64,000 nucleotides of DNA from an uncultured Eubacteriales bacterium. Lineage in GTDB: Bacteria > Bacillota_I > Bacilli_A > RF39 > UBA660. Below are positions 55,501-64,000 of this stretch, in pieces (position 1 is the stretch's first letter; every line of letters starts with the position of its first letter). Below the pieces are notes generated by a model. The model did not search any database. It had not been told where the DNA came from and saw only the letters and a list, made by a program, of their open reading frames with translations. The stretch is from contig CAUUHY010000002.1 in the NCBI GenBank assembly GCA_963545265.1, forward strand, positions 12,953-76,952. Direction: 5' to 3'. Both the position numbers and the translations under genes were made by a program.

Positions 55501-57092
55501 TTTTTATCTCCCTTTTCTACATAACTATCTGGCAAATCATTTTCATATAAAGCATAAATATCACTTTTTTCTTTAAAATTTTGAATCATTTTATAACTAT
55601 CTTTTACATCGTTAATTATGTATAAATTATCTTTATTAAATCCTTCTTCTTCTAATCCATCTTTTATCGCTTTAGTAATTTTTTCTCCAACTAAAATTAC
55701 TTTATCTGCCACTTTAGCAATATGCTTACCAAACTTTTTATTTTCTTCATATTGTTTGTCCCCCAATTCGATCATTCCAGGTGTAACTACTATTTTTACT
55801 CCAGGCATACTATCAAGTACATCAAGAGCATTGCTTGCACCTACAGGATTAGAATTAAAAGCATCATCTATTTGATAAAAATTACCAATTTTCTTAAGTT
55901 CTAATCTATGTTCTATAGGTTTAATTCGAGATACACTTTCAACTAATTTCTTTTTATCTATCTTGAAACTATTAGCAAGCGCTAATGAAGATAAAATATT
56001 ATATACATTATGTACTCCTAATAATTTTGTTTTAAAACTATAAGTATTTTCATCATCTTTAAACTTAACATCAAATGTAATACCTTGTTTAGTGCTTTTT
56101 ATATTACTAGCTTTAACATCTACTTCATCTTCTGTATCTATTCCTATCCAAAGAACTTTACAATTATTTTTAATGTGATAACTCACTTGTTTAGGATCGT
56201 CTCTATTTAAAACAGCTACCCCATCTCTTGGCAAAGACTCAACTAATTCCATCTTTCCTTCTAAGATATTTTCTTCACTTCCAAATGTATATAAATGAGC
56301 AAGTCCAATTCTAGTTATAATTGCATATTTAGGCTTAACTAAATTAGCAAGATCTTTTATATCTCCTTTAGCATATGCACCCATTTCGGCAATAAAAACT
56401 TCATCAAATTTAGATAAAGTATTATTGATAACTATCATAAGACCATTTAATGTATTAACTGATCTAGGAGTTTCTAAAGTATTATATGCTCCACTTAATA
56501 TATCTCTTAAAATATTTTTACAACTTGTCTTACCATAACTTCCTGTAATACCAATTATTTTTAAATTATCCATATCTCTAAGTTTAGTTCTTGCTTTATT
56601 TTTATAATATAAAAAGACTAATTTTTCAACAGGATAATTAATAACATTTATAATACCAATTAAATAGAAGTTAAGACTTGCTATAGCTGCTAAAACTATT
56701 AAAAAGTAATTATTTAAATATATAGTTAAAATTAATAATATGAAATTAATTATAACTAAAGTAGTAATAAATCTTTTTATTCTTGCAGTAACTACTAATG
56801 GTTTTTTATTTTGTTCAAATTTTTTTAAATATCTATAATAACAAACACTAACTATATAAAAAATTAAAGATATAATTAATATATATTTATTTTTTAATAA
56901 TAAAGAAATTATTACAAATATTAAAGAAACTAAATCAAATCTAAATGTTTCTTTAATATTTTTAAATATCCATTTAAAATATCTATTATTTTCATTATAC
57001 ATATTTTGTTGAAGCATGTGTATCGATCTTTTTGAAATATATAAATTGTATATTAATATTAATATACCAATTAAAATTATGTATGTTTTCAT
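55497..57092 (-). CDS. murF: UDP-MurNAc-tripeptide--D-alanyl-D-alanine ligase (MurF) with membrane-spanning N-terminal region
   Basis: Mur ligase central and C-terminal domains (GITGSYGKTS, EMGA, DDAFNSNP, PGMIELG). It is coupled to ddl. The first ~165 aa are 4-5 hydrophobic helices. Confidence 0.85.
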   Translation of the reverse strand: MKTYIILIGILILIYNLYISKRSIHMLQQNMYNENNRYFKWIFKNIKETFRFDLVSLIFVIISLLLKNKYILIISLIFYIVSVCYYRYLKKFEQNKKPLVVTARIKRFITTLVIINFILLILTIYLNNYFLIVLAAIASLNFYLIGIINVINYPVEKLVFLYYKNKARTKLRDMDNLKIIGITGSYGKTSCKNILRDILSGAYNTLETPRSVNTLNGLMIVINNTLSKFDEVFIAEMGAYAKGDIKDLANLVKPKYAIITRIGLAHLYTFGSEENILEGKMELVESLPRDGVAVLNRDDPKQVSYHIKNNCKVLWIGIDTEDEVDVKASNIKSTKQGITFDVKFKDDENTYSFKTKLLGVHNVYNILSSLALANSFKIDKKKLVESVSRIKPIEHRLELKKIGNFYQIDDAFNSNPVGASNALDVLDSMPGVKIVVTPGMIELGDKQYEENKKFGKHIAKVADKVILVGEKITKAIKDGLEEEGFNKDNLYIINDVKDSYKMIQNFKEKSDIYALYENDLPDSYVEKGDKK

Positions 57093-57102
57093 CTTTCACC
57101 TC

Positions 57103-57822
57103 TTAAATAAAATTTTTAATAATATTAACTACTTGAGTTAAATTTTCCAAATAAGCATAATGTGTTAAATTTTCAAACTCAATTAAAGCTGCATCATGCA
57201 TCTTTTCTACTACTTTTCTCGCATCTTCTACATCAACTGCCTCATCTTTTGTCCCCCATATAAGAAGCGTAGGTACTTTTACCTTTAACATATCGTTTTC
57301 TACATCTGTATTTATAGTAGAAACTAATATTTTTCTCATAATTTCACTACTATTTTTATAATCACTTGATCCTATAACTTTTTTAAACCACTCTTTTATT
57401 GGACTTAAAAAAGATACTTTAGCTAGAAATTTTAATGTTTTAACTTTTAATGTCTTAGCTGCTTCACTTTTATATATCGGTCCAGCTAAAGATATTACTT
57501 TATTAACTTGATATATACTTGCATAAACTAAAGAAAGTCTTGCCCCAAAAGAATGCCCTATAAGAGAAATATCTTTTAAATTAAGTTTTTCTATTAACTT
57601 ATGTAAAAAATTAACATAATCATATACGCTCATAACTTCTTGCGGTTCATCACTCTTACCAAAACCTGGTAAATCAATAGCAGTTATTTTATAACCATCT
57701 AGATGTTTTCCAAGTAAATCCATCATTTCTTTATTTTGTCCCCATCCATGAAGTAAAACTAAATTTTTACCTTCTCCATATTGATTATAAGAGACTTTTA
57801 AATTGTCAATTATTATTTCCAT
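57103..57822 (-). CDS. alpha/beta-fold hydrolase
   Basis: LLHGWGQN oxyanion region, nucleophile elbow GHSFGA, and a C-terminal D..H (GTKDEAV ... LTHYAYLE). Confidence 0.75.
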   Translation of the reverse strand: MEIIIDNLKVSYNQYGEGKNLVLLHGWGQNKEMMDLLGKHLDGYKITAIDLPGFGKSDEPQEVMSVYDYVNFLHKLIEKLNLKDISLIGHSFGARLSLVYASIYQVNKVISLAGPIYKSEAAKTLKVKTLKFLAKVSFLSPIKEWFKKVIGSSDYKNSSEIMRKILVSTINTDVENDMLKVKVPTLLIWGTKDEAVDVEDARKVVEKMHDAALIEFENLTHYAYLENLTQVVNIIKNFI

Positions 57823-57911
57823 TTTTGTTTATTCACCTAAAAAAAGTATAACATAAAAATTATATTATAAAAAGGTGTAATTTACTATGTTTCATAAATA
57901 AAAAACTTACT

Positions 57912-59141
57912 TTATAAGCAAGTTTTTTTCTTTTTTAAGTATTTAAATATTAAAAAACTAATTATAGATATTAAAACCAATATAAGAGAAAAAGTTTTAA
58001 TTCCTGTTTTTGGATTTTTAATAATATTATTACTTCCTACATCTAAAATAGTATTATCTTTTTCTATATTTATTTCCAACGTAGCATTATATTTTATATT
58101 TGTAGTTGGATCTTCTTTTTCGATATTAAAAACATTTTTACCTAAATTTAAAGAATTAAAAGTATAATTATAATTCCCATCATTTGTAACATCATTAGTA
58201 CTAGGATTAATATAATATTTATAAGTATTTCCCATATTTTCTACTTTAGTTACAAAAGGCAAATTTAATTTTATAGGAAGTTCTTTATCAGCGTTTACTT
58301 TTATAGTCATTTTAAATTTTTGATTATTTAAAGCCACATTATTTAAATTTGTTTTTGGTGGTATTAAAATATTAGAAAGACTATTTAATTGCAAAGAAAC
58401 ATTTGTTAAAACTGCATTGTCATAAAATTTAATATCAGTTAAATTAGAGTCATTTATTATTACTTCTTTTAAGTTATTTAAATCAGATAAATCTATAGTG
58501 TTTTCTTTATTTTTATTTAAAGTTAACATTAAACCTTCTAAATTTTTTAATCCTTTAATATTAACTTTTTCTAAAGTTGCAGTATCTAATTCTCCTCCTG
58601 GACTTTCTTGATAAGAATGATAATAATTTAAAAATTCAGAAGTTAGTGATACATGAACCAAATTTTTATTTTGACTTAAATCAACTTCTTTAGTACCTAT
58701 TTTTTCAAATGCTAATTGTTTTAAATTAGTAAGGTATTCTATACCTTTTAAACTCTTCATATTTTGTGGATTACCACCTGTTGAATTCATTAAATAAGTG
58801 ATTCTATCCAACTGTGCTTTATTTAAAACTTCTGTCTTTTTACTTTCTATTAAATTTTCATCAATATTAACATTTACAGTTTCATTATCATTTACACACT
58901 TTTTAGAAGCATTGTATTTAATTAAATTCTGGAAATGCCAATTAACTATCAAATAAGTATTTGTACTATAATCACATAAATTATAATTAACACAAATAAG
59001 TATTAATCTTCTAAATTCTTTATCAGGAAATGCTTCTTCATATGTTTTAGAATAATCAAGTGCATCTACTTTCATTGTATTAAAATTTAATAATATAAAT
59101 AAAGTTAATATACATACTAATAACTTATTGATTTTTTTCAT
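57912..59141 (-). CDS. leucine-rich-repeat surface protein with NPKTG cell-wall sorting signal
   Basis: Signal peptide, several ~22-aa LRR units (LKNLEGLMLTLN.., LNNLKEVIINDSNLTDI.., AVLTNVSLQLNSLSNI), and a C-terminal NPKTG + hydrophobic stretch + KYLKKKK tail. Confidence 0.75.
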   Translation of the reverse strand: MKKINKLLVCILTLFILLNFNTMKVDALDYSKTYEEAFPDKEFRRLILICVNYNLCDYSTNTYLIVNWHFQNLIKYNASKKCVNDNETVNVNIDENLIESKKTEVLNKAQLDRITYLMNSTGGNPQNMKSLKGIEYLTNLKQLAFEKIGTKEVDLSQNKNLVHVSLTSEFLNYYHSYQESPGGELDTATLEKVNIKGLKNLEGLMLTLNKNKENTIDLSDLNNLKEVIINDSNLTDIKFYDNAVLTNVSLQLNSLSNILIPPKTNLNNVALNNQKFKMTIKVNADKELPIKLNLPFVTKVENMGNTYKYYINPSTNDVTNDGNYNYTFNSLNLGKNVFNIEKEDPTTNIKYNATLEINIEKDNTILDVGSNNIIKNPKTGIKTFSLILVLISIISFLIFKYLKKKKTCL

Positions 59142-59252
59142 ATTATTTCTCCTATTATTATATTTATTTTATAATATCATAACTAAATAAATTAGAGTTT
59201 ATTATAGATATAAAAAATAATATTATTGTAAATATTGATTAGTTATTTTTAG

Positions 59253-60773
59253 TTATTTAATTCTTTCAAACAAAATATATGGAGTTAAATCTTTATATAA
59301 ATCATCTTCATTAAATAATACATTATCTATATTAAGATCTTTTTTATTTAACATATTTTTAATTTTTAAAGAAGTTTCAGGAATAAAAACTTCAAGTAAA
59401 ATAGAGGCTACTTTAATATTTTCAAGTATTATATATATAACATCTTCAAGTCTTTCTAACTTATTATTTTTATATAAATTCCATGGTTCATTTTCATCTA
59501 TATATTTATTACACTTATCTAATAATTTAAATATTTCTTCTAATGCTTCATTTATTTTTAAATCATTAACAAAATTATTAACTTTATCAAATAAATCATT
59601 AGTATTTAAAATTAACTCTTGATCTACTTGATTATAATTTTTACTAAATTTAATTTCTTTATCAAAATATTTATTAGCCATAACAATAGTTCTATTAACT
59701 AAGTTACCTAAGTTATTAACTAAATCAGAATTTGTTCTACTGATAAGTAAATCTTCACTAAAATTACCATCTTTTCCAAGTATTATTTCTCTTAATAAGA
59801 AATATCTAATAGCATCTTTTCCATATTTTTCTATATATTCTTTAGGACTCTTATAATTACCTAAAGATTTAGATATCTTTTCATTATTAATTACTAACCA
59901 TCCATGAGCAAATACTTTTTTAGGTAGTTCAATACCTAAACTCATAAGTATAGCTGGCCAAATAATAGCATGAAATCTAACTATTTCTTTACCTACTAAA
60001 TGAAGATCACAAGGCCAGTATTTATTAAACATTTCTTTACTACTAGGATAATTTAAAGAAGTTAAATAATTAGATAAAGCATCTATCCATACATAAATAA
60101 CATGTTTTTTATCAAAACTAACAGGAATACCCCAATTAAATGAAGTTCTAGAAACACATAAATCTTTTAAACCTGGTTTTAAAAAGTTATTAATCATTTC
60201 ATTTTTTCTAGAAAGAGGTTCTAAAAAGAAAGGATTTTCTTCATAAAACTTTAATAATTTATCTTGATATTTAGAAAGTCTAAAAAAGTAAGCTTCTTCT
60301 TTAACTAAAGATACTTCTCTATGACAATCTGGACAGTTATTATTTTCATCTAATTCTTCAGGCGAAAAGAAAGATTCACAAGGAGTACAGTATAATCCTT
60401 CATAATTACCTTTATATATATCACCATTTTCATATAATTTATTAAATATTAAAGTAACATTTTTTATATGTTCTTCATCAGTTGTTCTAATAAATTTATC
60501 GTAAGATATATCTAAACTATTCCAAAGTTCTTTAGTGTTTTCTACTATTTTATCTACATATTCTTTTGGTTCTTTATTTTGTTCTTTAGCTATTTTTTCT
60601 ATCTTTTGACCATGTTCATCAGTTCCTGTTTGGAATATTACATCAATTTTCTTAAGTCTATTAAATCTAGCCAAACTATCTGCTATTACAGTTGTATAAC
60701 AATGTCCTATATGAAATTCTTTACTAGGATAATATATCGGCGTTGTTATATAAAATGTATTTTTATCTTTCAT
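59253..60773 (-). CDS. metG: methionine--tRNA ligase (short form, no C-terminal tRNA-binding domain)
   Basis: HIGH motif (FHIGHCYT), zinc knuckle CTPCE..CPDCH and KISKS (KMSKS) motif. 506 aa. Confidence 0.95.
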   Translation of the reverse strand: MKDKNTFYITTPIYYPSKEFHIGHCYTTVIADSLARFNRLKKIDVIFQTGTDEHGQKIEKIAKEQNKEPKEYVDKIVENTKELWNSLDISYDKFIRTTDEEHIKNVTLIFNKLYENGDIYKGNYEGLYCTPCESFFSPEELDENNNCPDCHREVSLVKEEAYFFRLSKYQDKLLKFYEENPFFLEPLSRKNEMINNFLKPGLKDLCVSRTSFNWGIPVSFDKKHVIYVWIDALSNYLTSLNYPSSKEMFNKYWPCDLHLVGKEIVRFHAIIWPAILMSLGIELPKKVFAHGWLVINNEKISKSLGNYKSPKEYIEKYGKDAIRYFLLREIILGKDGNFSEDLLISRTNSDLVNNLGNLVNRTIVMANKYFDKEIKFSKNYNQVDQELILNTNDLFDKVNNFVNDLKINEALEEIFKLLDKCNKYIDENEPWNLYKNNKLERLEDVIYIILENIKVASILLEVFIPETSLKIKNMLNKKDLNIDNVLFNEDDLYKDLTPYILFERIK

Positions 60774-60785
60774 TTTCCTCTCCTA

Positions 60786-62918
60786 TCAATAAATAAACTC
60801 TATATCAAAAGAAACATATCTATCTTTATTATAATAAGTTTTTAGAAATTTTATAATCTTTTCTAAATTTTCATCTTTATTATATTTTAATGTAATACTA
60901 CATTCATATTTCTTATCTAATTTTCTAATATTTAAAATATTAGGTCCTAAAATAGATGTAGTTTCTTCTAAGTTTAATTTTAAATATTTATATATTTTTA
61001 TTATATGTTCTTTTACTAAATCAATATTAATACTTTTTACTTTTAAAGTTAACATATTAGAAAATGGTGGATATAATAGTTTTTTTCTTATATCTATTTC
61101 CTTTTTATAAAAACTTTCATAATCTTGATTTACTACTTCTAAAATACCATAATTATCTGGATTATATGTTTGAATAATAACTTCACCTTGTTTACTACTT
61201 CTTCCACTTCTTCCTGATACTTGAGAAAGAAGTGAATATGTATTTTCTATAGCATTATAAGTTGGTATCATTAAAGATTGATCAGCATTTATTACTCCTA
61301 CTAAAGTAACATTTTCAAAATCAAGTCCTTTAGCTATCATCTGTGTACCTACTAAAATATCATATACATGATTTTTAAAATCATTTATTATTTTCTCATA
61401 ACTTCCTTTTTTTCTAGTAGTATCCATATCCATTCTAAGTACTTTATAATCTTTAAATAAAGTATTTAATTCTTCTTCTAACTTTTCAGTACCTACTCCC
61501 ATAATATTTAAATCTTTTTCATGACATTTATCACAAGAATTTATATATTTTTCACTATGTTCACAGTAACTACATCTTAATTGATTATCATTTTTATAAT
61601 AAGTTAAACTAATATCACAATTTGGACATTTTTTAACTTCTCCACAACTTGCACACATCACATAATTAGCATAACCTTTTCTATTTAAAAATAAGATTAC
61701 TTGTTCATGTTTTTTTAATTTTTCTAATATTTTTTCTTTTAATTCTTTACTAAAATAAGATAAAGTTTTATTTTCCTTTAAATCTATTATTTTAATATTT
61801 AGTTTTAAATCATTATACTTATTTAAAAGTTTAAGCAATTTATATTCTTTGGTTTTTTCTGCTAAATAATAATCTTTAACAAGTGGAGTTGCACTAGCAA
61901 GAACTAACTTAGCATTATTATATTCACTTCTAAATATAGCTATATCTTTTGTAGAATACTTAGGATTCTTACTATATTCATTATAAGTATCTGAATGTTC
62001 TTCATCGATGATAATTACTCCAAGATTTTCAAGAGGAGCAAATATAGCACTTCTTACTCCTATTACTACTCTTACATCTTTTCTTTTAATCTTTAAATAT
62101 TCATTATACTTTTCTCTATCAGATAAAGATGAATGTAATATAGCAATATTTTCTTTAAAATAGTTTTTAAAAAAATTCATCGTTTGAATTGTTAAAGATA
62201 TCTCGGGTACTAAAAGTAATGCTGTTTTACCTTCTGATAAATAATAATTTATTAGATGTAAATAAATTAAAGTCTTACCACTTCCTGTAACTCCATATAA
62301 TAAGTATTTACTTTCTTTAGACTTAATTATTTCATCATATATCTCTTGTTGTTTAACAGATAAAGATATCTCTTTAAACTCTTTTTTATCTTCAATAATA
62401 GTAGATAATAAAACTTTCTTTTCTTTTAAAACATTTTTATTAACTAAAGCTTTAATTATAGCTTTTGAAAAGTTTTCTAATCTATCTAGTTTTTTATCCT
62501 TTAAATAATCTACTATTTCTTGTTGCTTAACAGTTAGTTTTACATTTTCTTTATCTAAAAAATAATATGTTATTTTTTTATCTTGAAGTTTTTCTTGTGT
62601 TCCAAGTTTAAATGGTTTAGGTAACATAGTTTGATAACAAGACATTAAAGATGTAAAGTATTTTTTTTCCATAAATCTACCTAATTTTAAAAGTTCTAAT
62701 GTTAAAATACTTTCTTCATCTATTACTTCAATTACATCTTTTAATTTTTTTAATTCTGTTTCTTTAGGAAAACTAACTATTAAAGCTTCACTTAATTTAT
62801 TATTAAAATCAACTAATACTCTAGATCCTATAGATATCTTTTTATCTAGATTATAGTTATAATGATAAACTTTATTTACGCTTAAGTTAGTTCTATCAAC
62901 AAGTACACCTACTACCAT
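60786..62918 (-). CDS. priA: primosomal protein N' (replication restart helicase PriA)
   Basis: GVTGSGKT, DEEH, the Cys-rich zinc module CASCGE..CPNCD..CSYCEH..CDKCH, and SGRSGRS. The ATG at 62918, preceded by GAAGGAG, is preferred over the ORF-track start at 62963. Confidence 0.92.
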   Translation of the reverse strand: MVVGVLVDRTNLSVNKVYHYNYNLDKKISIGSRVLVDFNNKLSEALIVSFPKETELKKLKDVIEVIDEESILTLELLKLGRFMEKKYFTSLMSCYQTMLPKPFKLGTQEKLQDKKITYYFLDKENVKLTVKQQEIVDYLKDKKLDRLENFSKAIIKALVNKNVLKEKKVLLSTIIEDKKEFKEISLSVKQQEIYDEIIKSKESKYLLYGVTGSGKTLIYLHLINYYLSEGKTALLLVPEISLTIQTMNFFKNYFKENIAILHSSLSDREKYNEYLKIKRKDVRVVIGVRSAIFAPLENLGVIIIDEEHSDTYNEYSKNPKYSTKDIAIFRSEYNNAKLVLASATPLVKDYYLAEKTKEYKLLKLLNKYNDLKLNIKIIDLKENKTLSYFSKELKEKILEKLKKHEQVILFLNRKGYANYVMCASCGEVKKCPNCDISLTYYKNDNQLRCSYCEHSEKYINSCDKCHEKDLNIMGVGTEKLEEELNTLFKDYKVLRMDMDTTRKKGSYEKIINDFKNHVYDILVGTQMIAKGLDFENVTLVGVINADQSLMIPTYNAIENTYSLLSQVSGRSGRSSKQGEVIIQTYNPDNYGILEVVNQDYESFYKKEIDIRKKLLYPPFSNMLTLKVKSINIDLVKEHIIKIYKYLKLNLEETTSILGPNILNIRKLDKKYECSITLKYNKDENLEKIIKFLKTYYNKDRYVSFDIEFIY

Positions 62919-62957
62919 CTTTTCTCCTTCAATATGTAGTATAACATAAAGTATTAC

Positions 62958-62985
62958 TTGCAAAATAAATAATAATTATCATAAT
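62958..62985 (+). promoter_or_regulatory. sigma-A-type promoter of rnhC (TTGCAA-16 nt-CATAAT)
   Basis: TTGCAA at 62958-62963 and CATAAT at 62980-62985. RBS AGAGGAAG precedes the ATG at 63016. Confidence 0.4.
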
Positions 62986-63015
62986 ATATAAATAAATATA
63001 AAAGAGGAAGAAAAA

Positions 63016-63906
63016 ATGAATATTGTTATAAAAGTTGATGAAGAAACAAAACAAAAGATGATAGCTTATTATAAAGATAAAATAAGAGATAAAAAAATAC
63101 CTTATGCTATTTTTCAAGCACAGGAAGAAGATACAGTAATTACTTTATATGAATCAGGTAAAGCTATGTTTCAAGGTATATCTGCAGATGTAGATGCATC
63201 AATGTGGGCTATGCTTCAAGATAAAAAAGAAGAAACAAATAATGAAGAAGATTTATATCATATTACATCTATTGGAAGTGATGAAGTTGGAACTGGAGAC
63301 TATTTTGGACCAGTTGTTGTTTGTGCAGCATATGTAAATATAGAAGATATTAAATTTTTAGAAGAATTAAAAGTAAAAGATTCTAAGCAAATAACAGATG
63401 ATTACATAAGAAAAATCGCACCTACTATAGCTAAAAAGATAGATTATGAGTTACTAGTATTATCAAACAAAGAATATAATGAAAAATATAAGACAATAAA
63501 AAATATTAATAAAATAAAAGCTATAATGCATAATAAGGTTTTATATACATTACACCAAAGACATAGTGATTGTAATAAAATAATAATCGATGAATTTGCA
63601 AAAGAAAATTCTTACTTTAATTATTTAAAAGAAGTTAATAATGTAGAAAGAAACTTAATATTTACTCCTAAAGCTGAAAATAAAAATATGGCAGTAGCAA
63701 CAGCAGCGATACTTGCAAGATTTACCTTTTTAGAAATAATAGATAAACTTAGTGATAAATATCACGAACCATTATTAAAAGGAGCAAGTAGCGAAGTTGA
63801 TAAACAAGCTGAAAGATTAATAGAAAAATATGGTAAAGAAGTATTAGAAGATATAGCTAAATTACACTTTATTAATACAGAAAGAATATTAAAAACCAGA
63901 ATATAA
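63016..63906 (+). CDS. rnhC: ribonuclease HIII
   Basis: N-terminal TBP-like domain (ITLYESGKAMFQG) plus RNase H type 2 core GSDEVGTGDYFGP, DSK and IIDEF. Confidence 0.9.
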   Translation: MNIVIKVDEETKQKMIAYYKDKIRDKKIPYAIFQAQEEDTVITLYESGKAMFQGISADVDASMWAMLQDKKEETNNEEDLYHITSIGSDEVGTGDYFGPVVVCAAYVNIEDIKFLEELKVKDSKQITDDYIRKIAPTIAKKIDYELLVLSNKEYNEKYKTIKNINKIKAIMHNKVLYTLHQRHSDCNKIIIDEFAKENSYFNYLKEVNNVERNLIFTPKAENKNMAVATAAILARFTFLEIIDKLSDKYHEPLLKGASSEVDKQAERLIEKYGKEVLEDIAKLHFINTERILKTRI

Positions 63907-63933
63907 AAACACTAGAAAATCTAGTGTTTTTTA
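63906..63933. terminator. bidirectional terminator after rnhC
   Basis: Stem AAAACACTAG / CTAGTGTTTT with loop AAAAT, followed by a T-run. Confidence 0.65.
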
Positions 63934-64000
63934 TTCAATAACTTTTTCAAGAAAGATTTTTTCTTCAAAATCTTCTATTATTTCAGTGTCTACAATTACT
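63931..64000 (-). CDS. 3' end of an unidentified minus-strand gene running off the window
   Basis: The reverse complement reads ..VIVDTEIIEDFEEKIFLEKVIE-stop in an open frame to the window edge, convergent with rnhC. Too short to identify. Confidence 0.3.
   Translation of the reverse strand, partial: VIVDTEIIEDFEEKIFLEKVIE

Noticed and set aside
56-63117. Short ORFs from the six-frame track: 56-268(-), 3150-3458(-), 5620-5856(-), 6994-7176(-), 13555-13779(-), 15103-15288(-), 22525-22827(+), 24554-24736(+), 29548-29826(+), 30463-30714(+), 32614-32808(+), 38287-38490(+), 40804-40986(+), 45757-46032(+), 53480-53674(+), 55618-55875(+), 55722-55904(+), 60579-60845(+), 62929-63117(-).
   Set aside because: Each lies wholly or almost wholly antisense to a longer ORF that has recognisable homology or a good RBS. 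Their F/L/I/S/K-rich translations are what antisense frames of AT-rich genes yield, and none has a Shine-Dalgarno. I treat them as shadow ORFs.
1-64000. Alternative genetic code (UGA as Trp, as in Mycoplasmatota), given the extreme AT content.
   Set aside because: Standard-code translation gives full-length, motif-complete homologues (eno, lon, alaS, parC and others). At least one gene ends in TGA (the first ORF, at 1437-1439) at a sensible gene boundary. Peptidoglycan genes are present.
1-64000. CRISPR arrays, IS elements or transposases, rRNA genes and prophage blocks.
   Set aside because: I saw no regularly spaced direct repeats, no transposase-like or DDE/serine-recombinase ORFs, no GC-richer rRNA-like stretches and no phage structural genes. 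The only repeats are the paralogous coding segments described in findings.

Overview
Extremely AT-rich chromosomal segment (about one quarter G+C by eye) from a low-GC Gram-positive, Bacillota-type bacterium. The standard genetic code gives full-length homologues. Supporting markers are peptidoglycan genes, a PASTA kinase, RNase HIII and a sortase-type sorting signal. I cannot name the species. The content is almost all housekeeping. Left block (all + strand): eno, rsmD, rlmN-stp-prkC-rpe, a cysteine desulfurase, uppP, lemA plus two DUF2207 genes, xerD and a deoB-like gene. Right block (almost all - strand): lepB, rplS, lon, murE, holA, alaS, recD2, xerC, parE-parC, sodA, xseAB, nusB, obg, ddl, murF, metG, priA, with rarA and rnhC on +. 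One tRNA-Arg(CCT) is present. I found no rRNA, CRISPR array, transposase or prophage. Main observations: (1) All 21 CDS left of 22.0 kb are on + and 34 of 37 CDS from 22.3 to 62.9 kb are on -. They converge on a 328-bp non-coding gap that holds a good 28-bp dif-like XerC/XerD site, so this is probably the replication terminus. (2) The deoB homologue next to the gap has lost nearly all catalytic and metal-binding motifs. (3) A four-gene island sits inside the alaS-holA transcription unit: a GrpB nucleotidyltransferase-fold protein with three divergent copies of a small helical protein. (4) Two distant paralogues of an unknown ~260-aa protein lie directly upstream of xerC and parE-parC. (5) An AbiEi-like gene is paired with an unknown 205-aa partner instead of an AbiEii toxin. 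(6) MurF carries a polytopic membrane N-terminus in place of its normal domain 1. All functional calls rest on motif recognition by eye. No database search was run.
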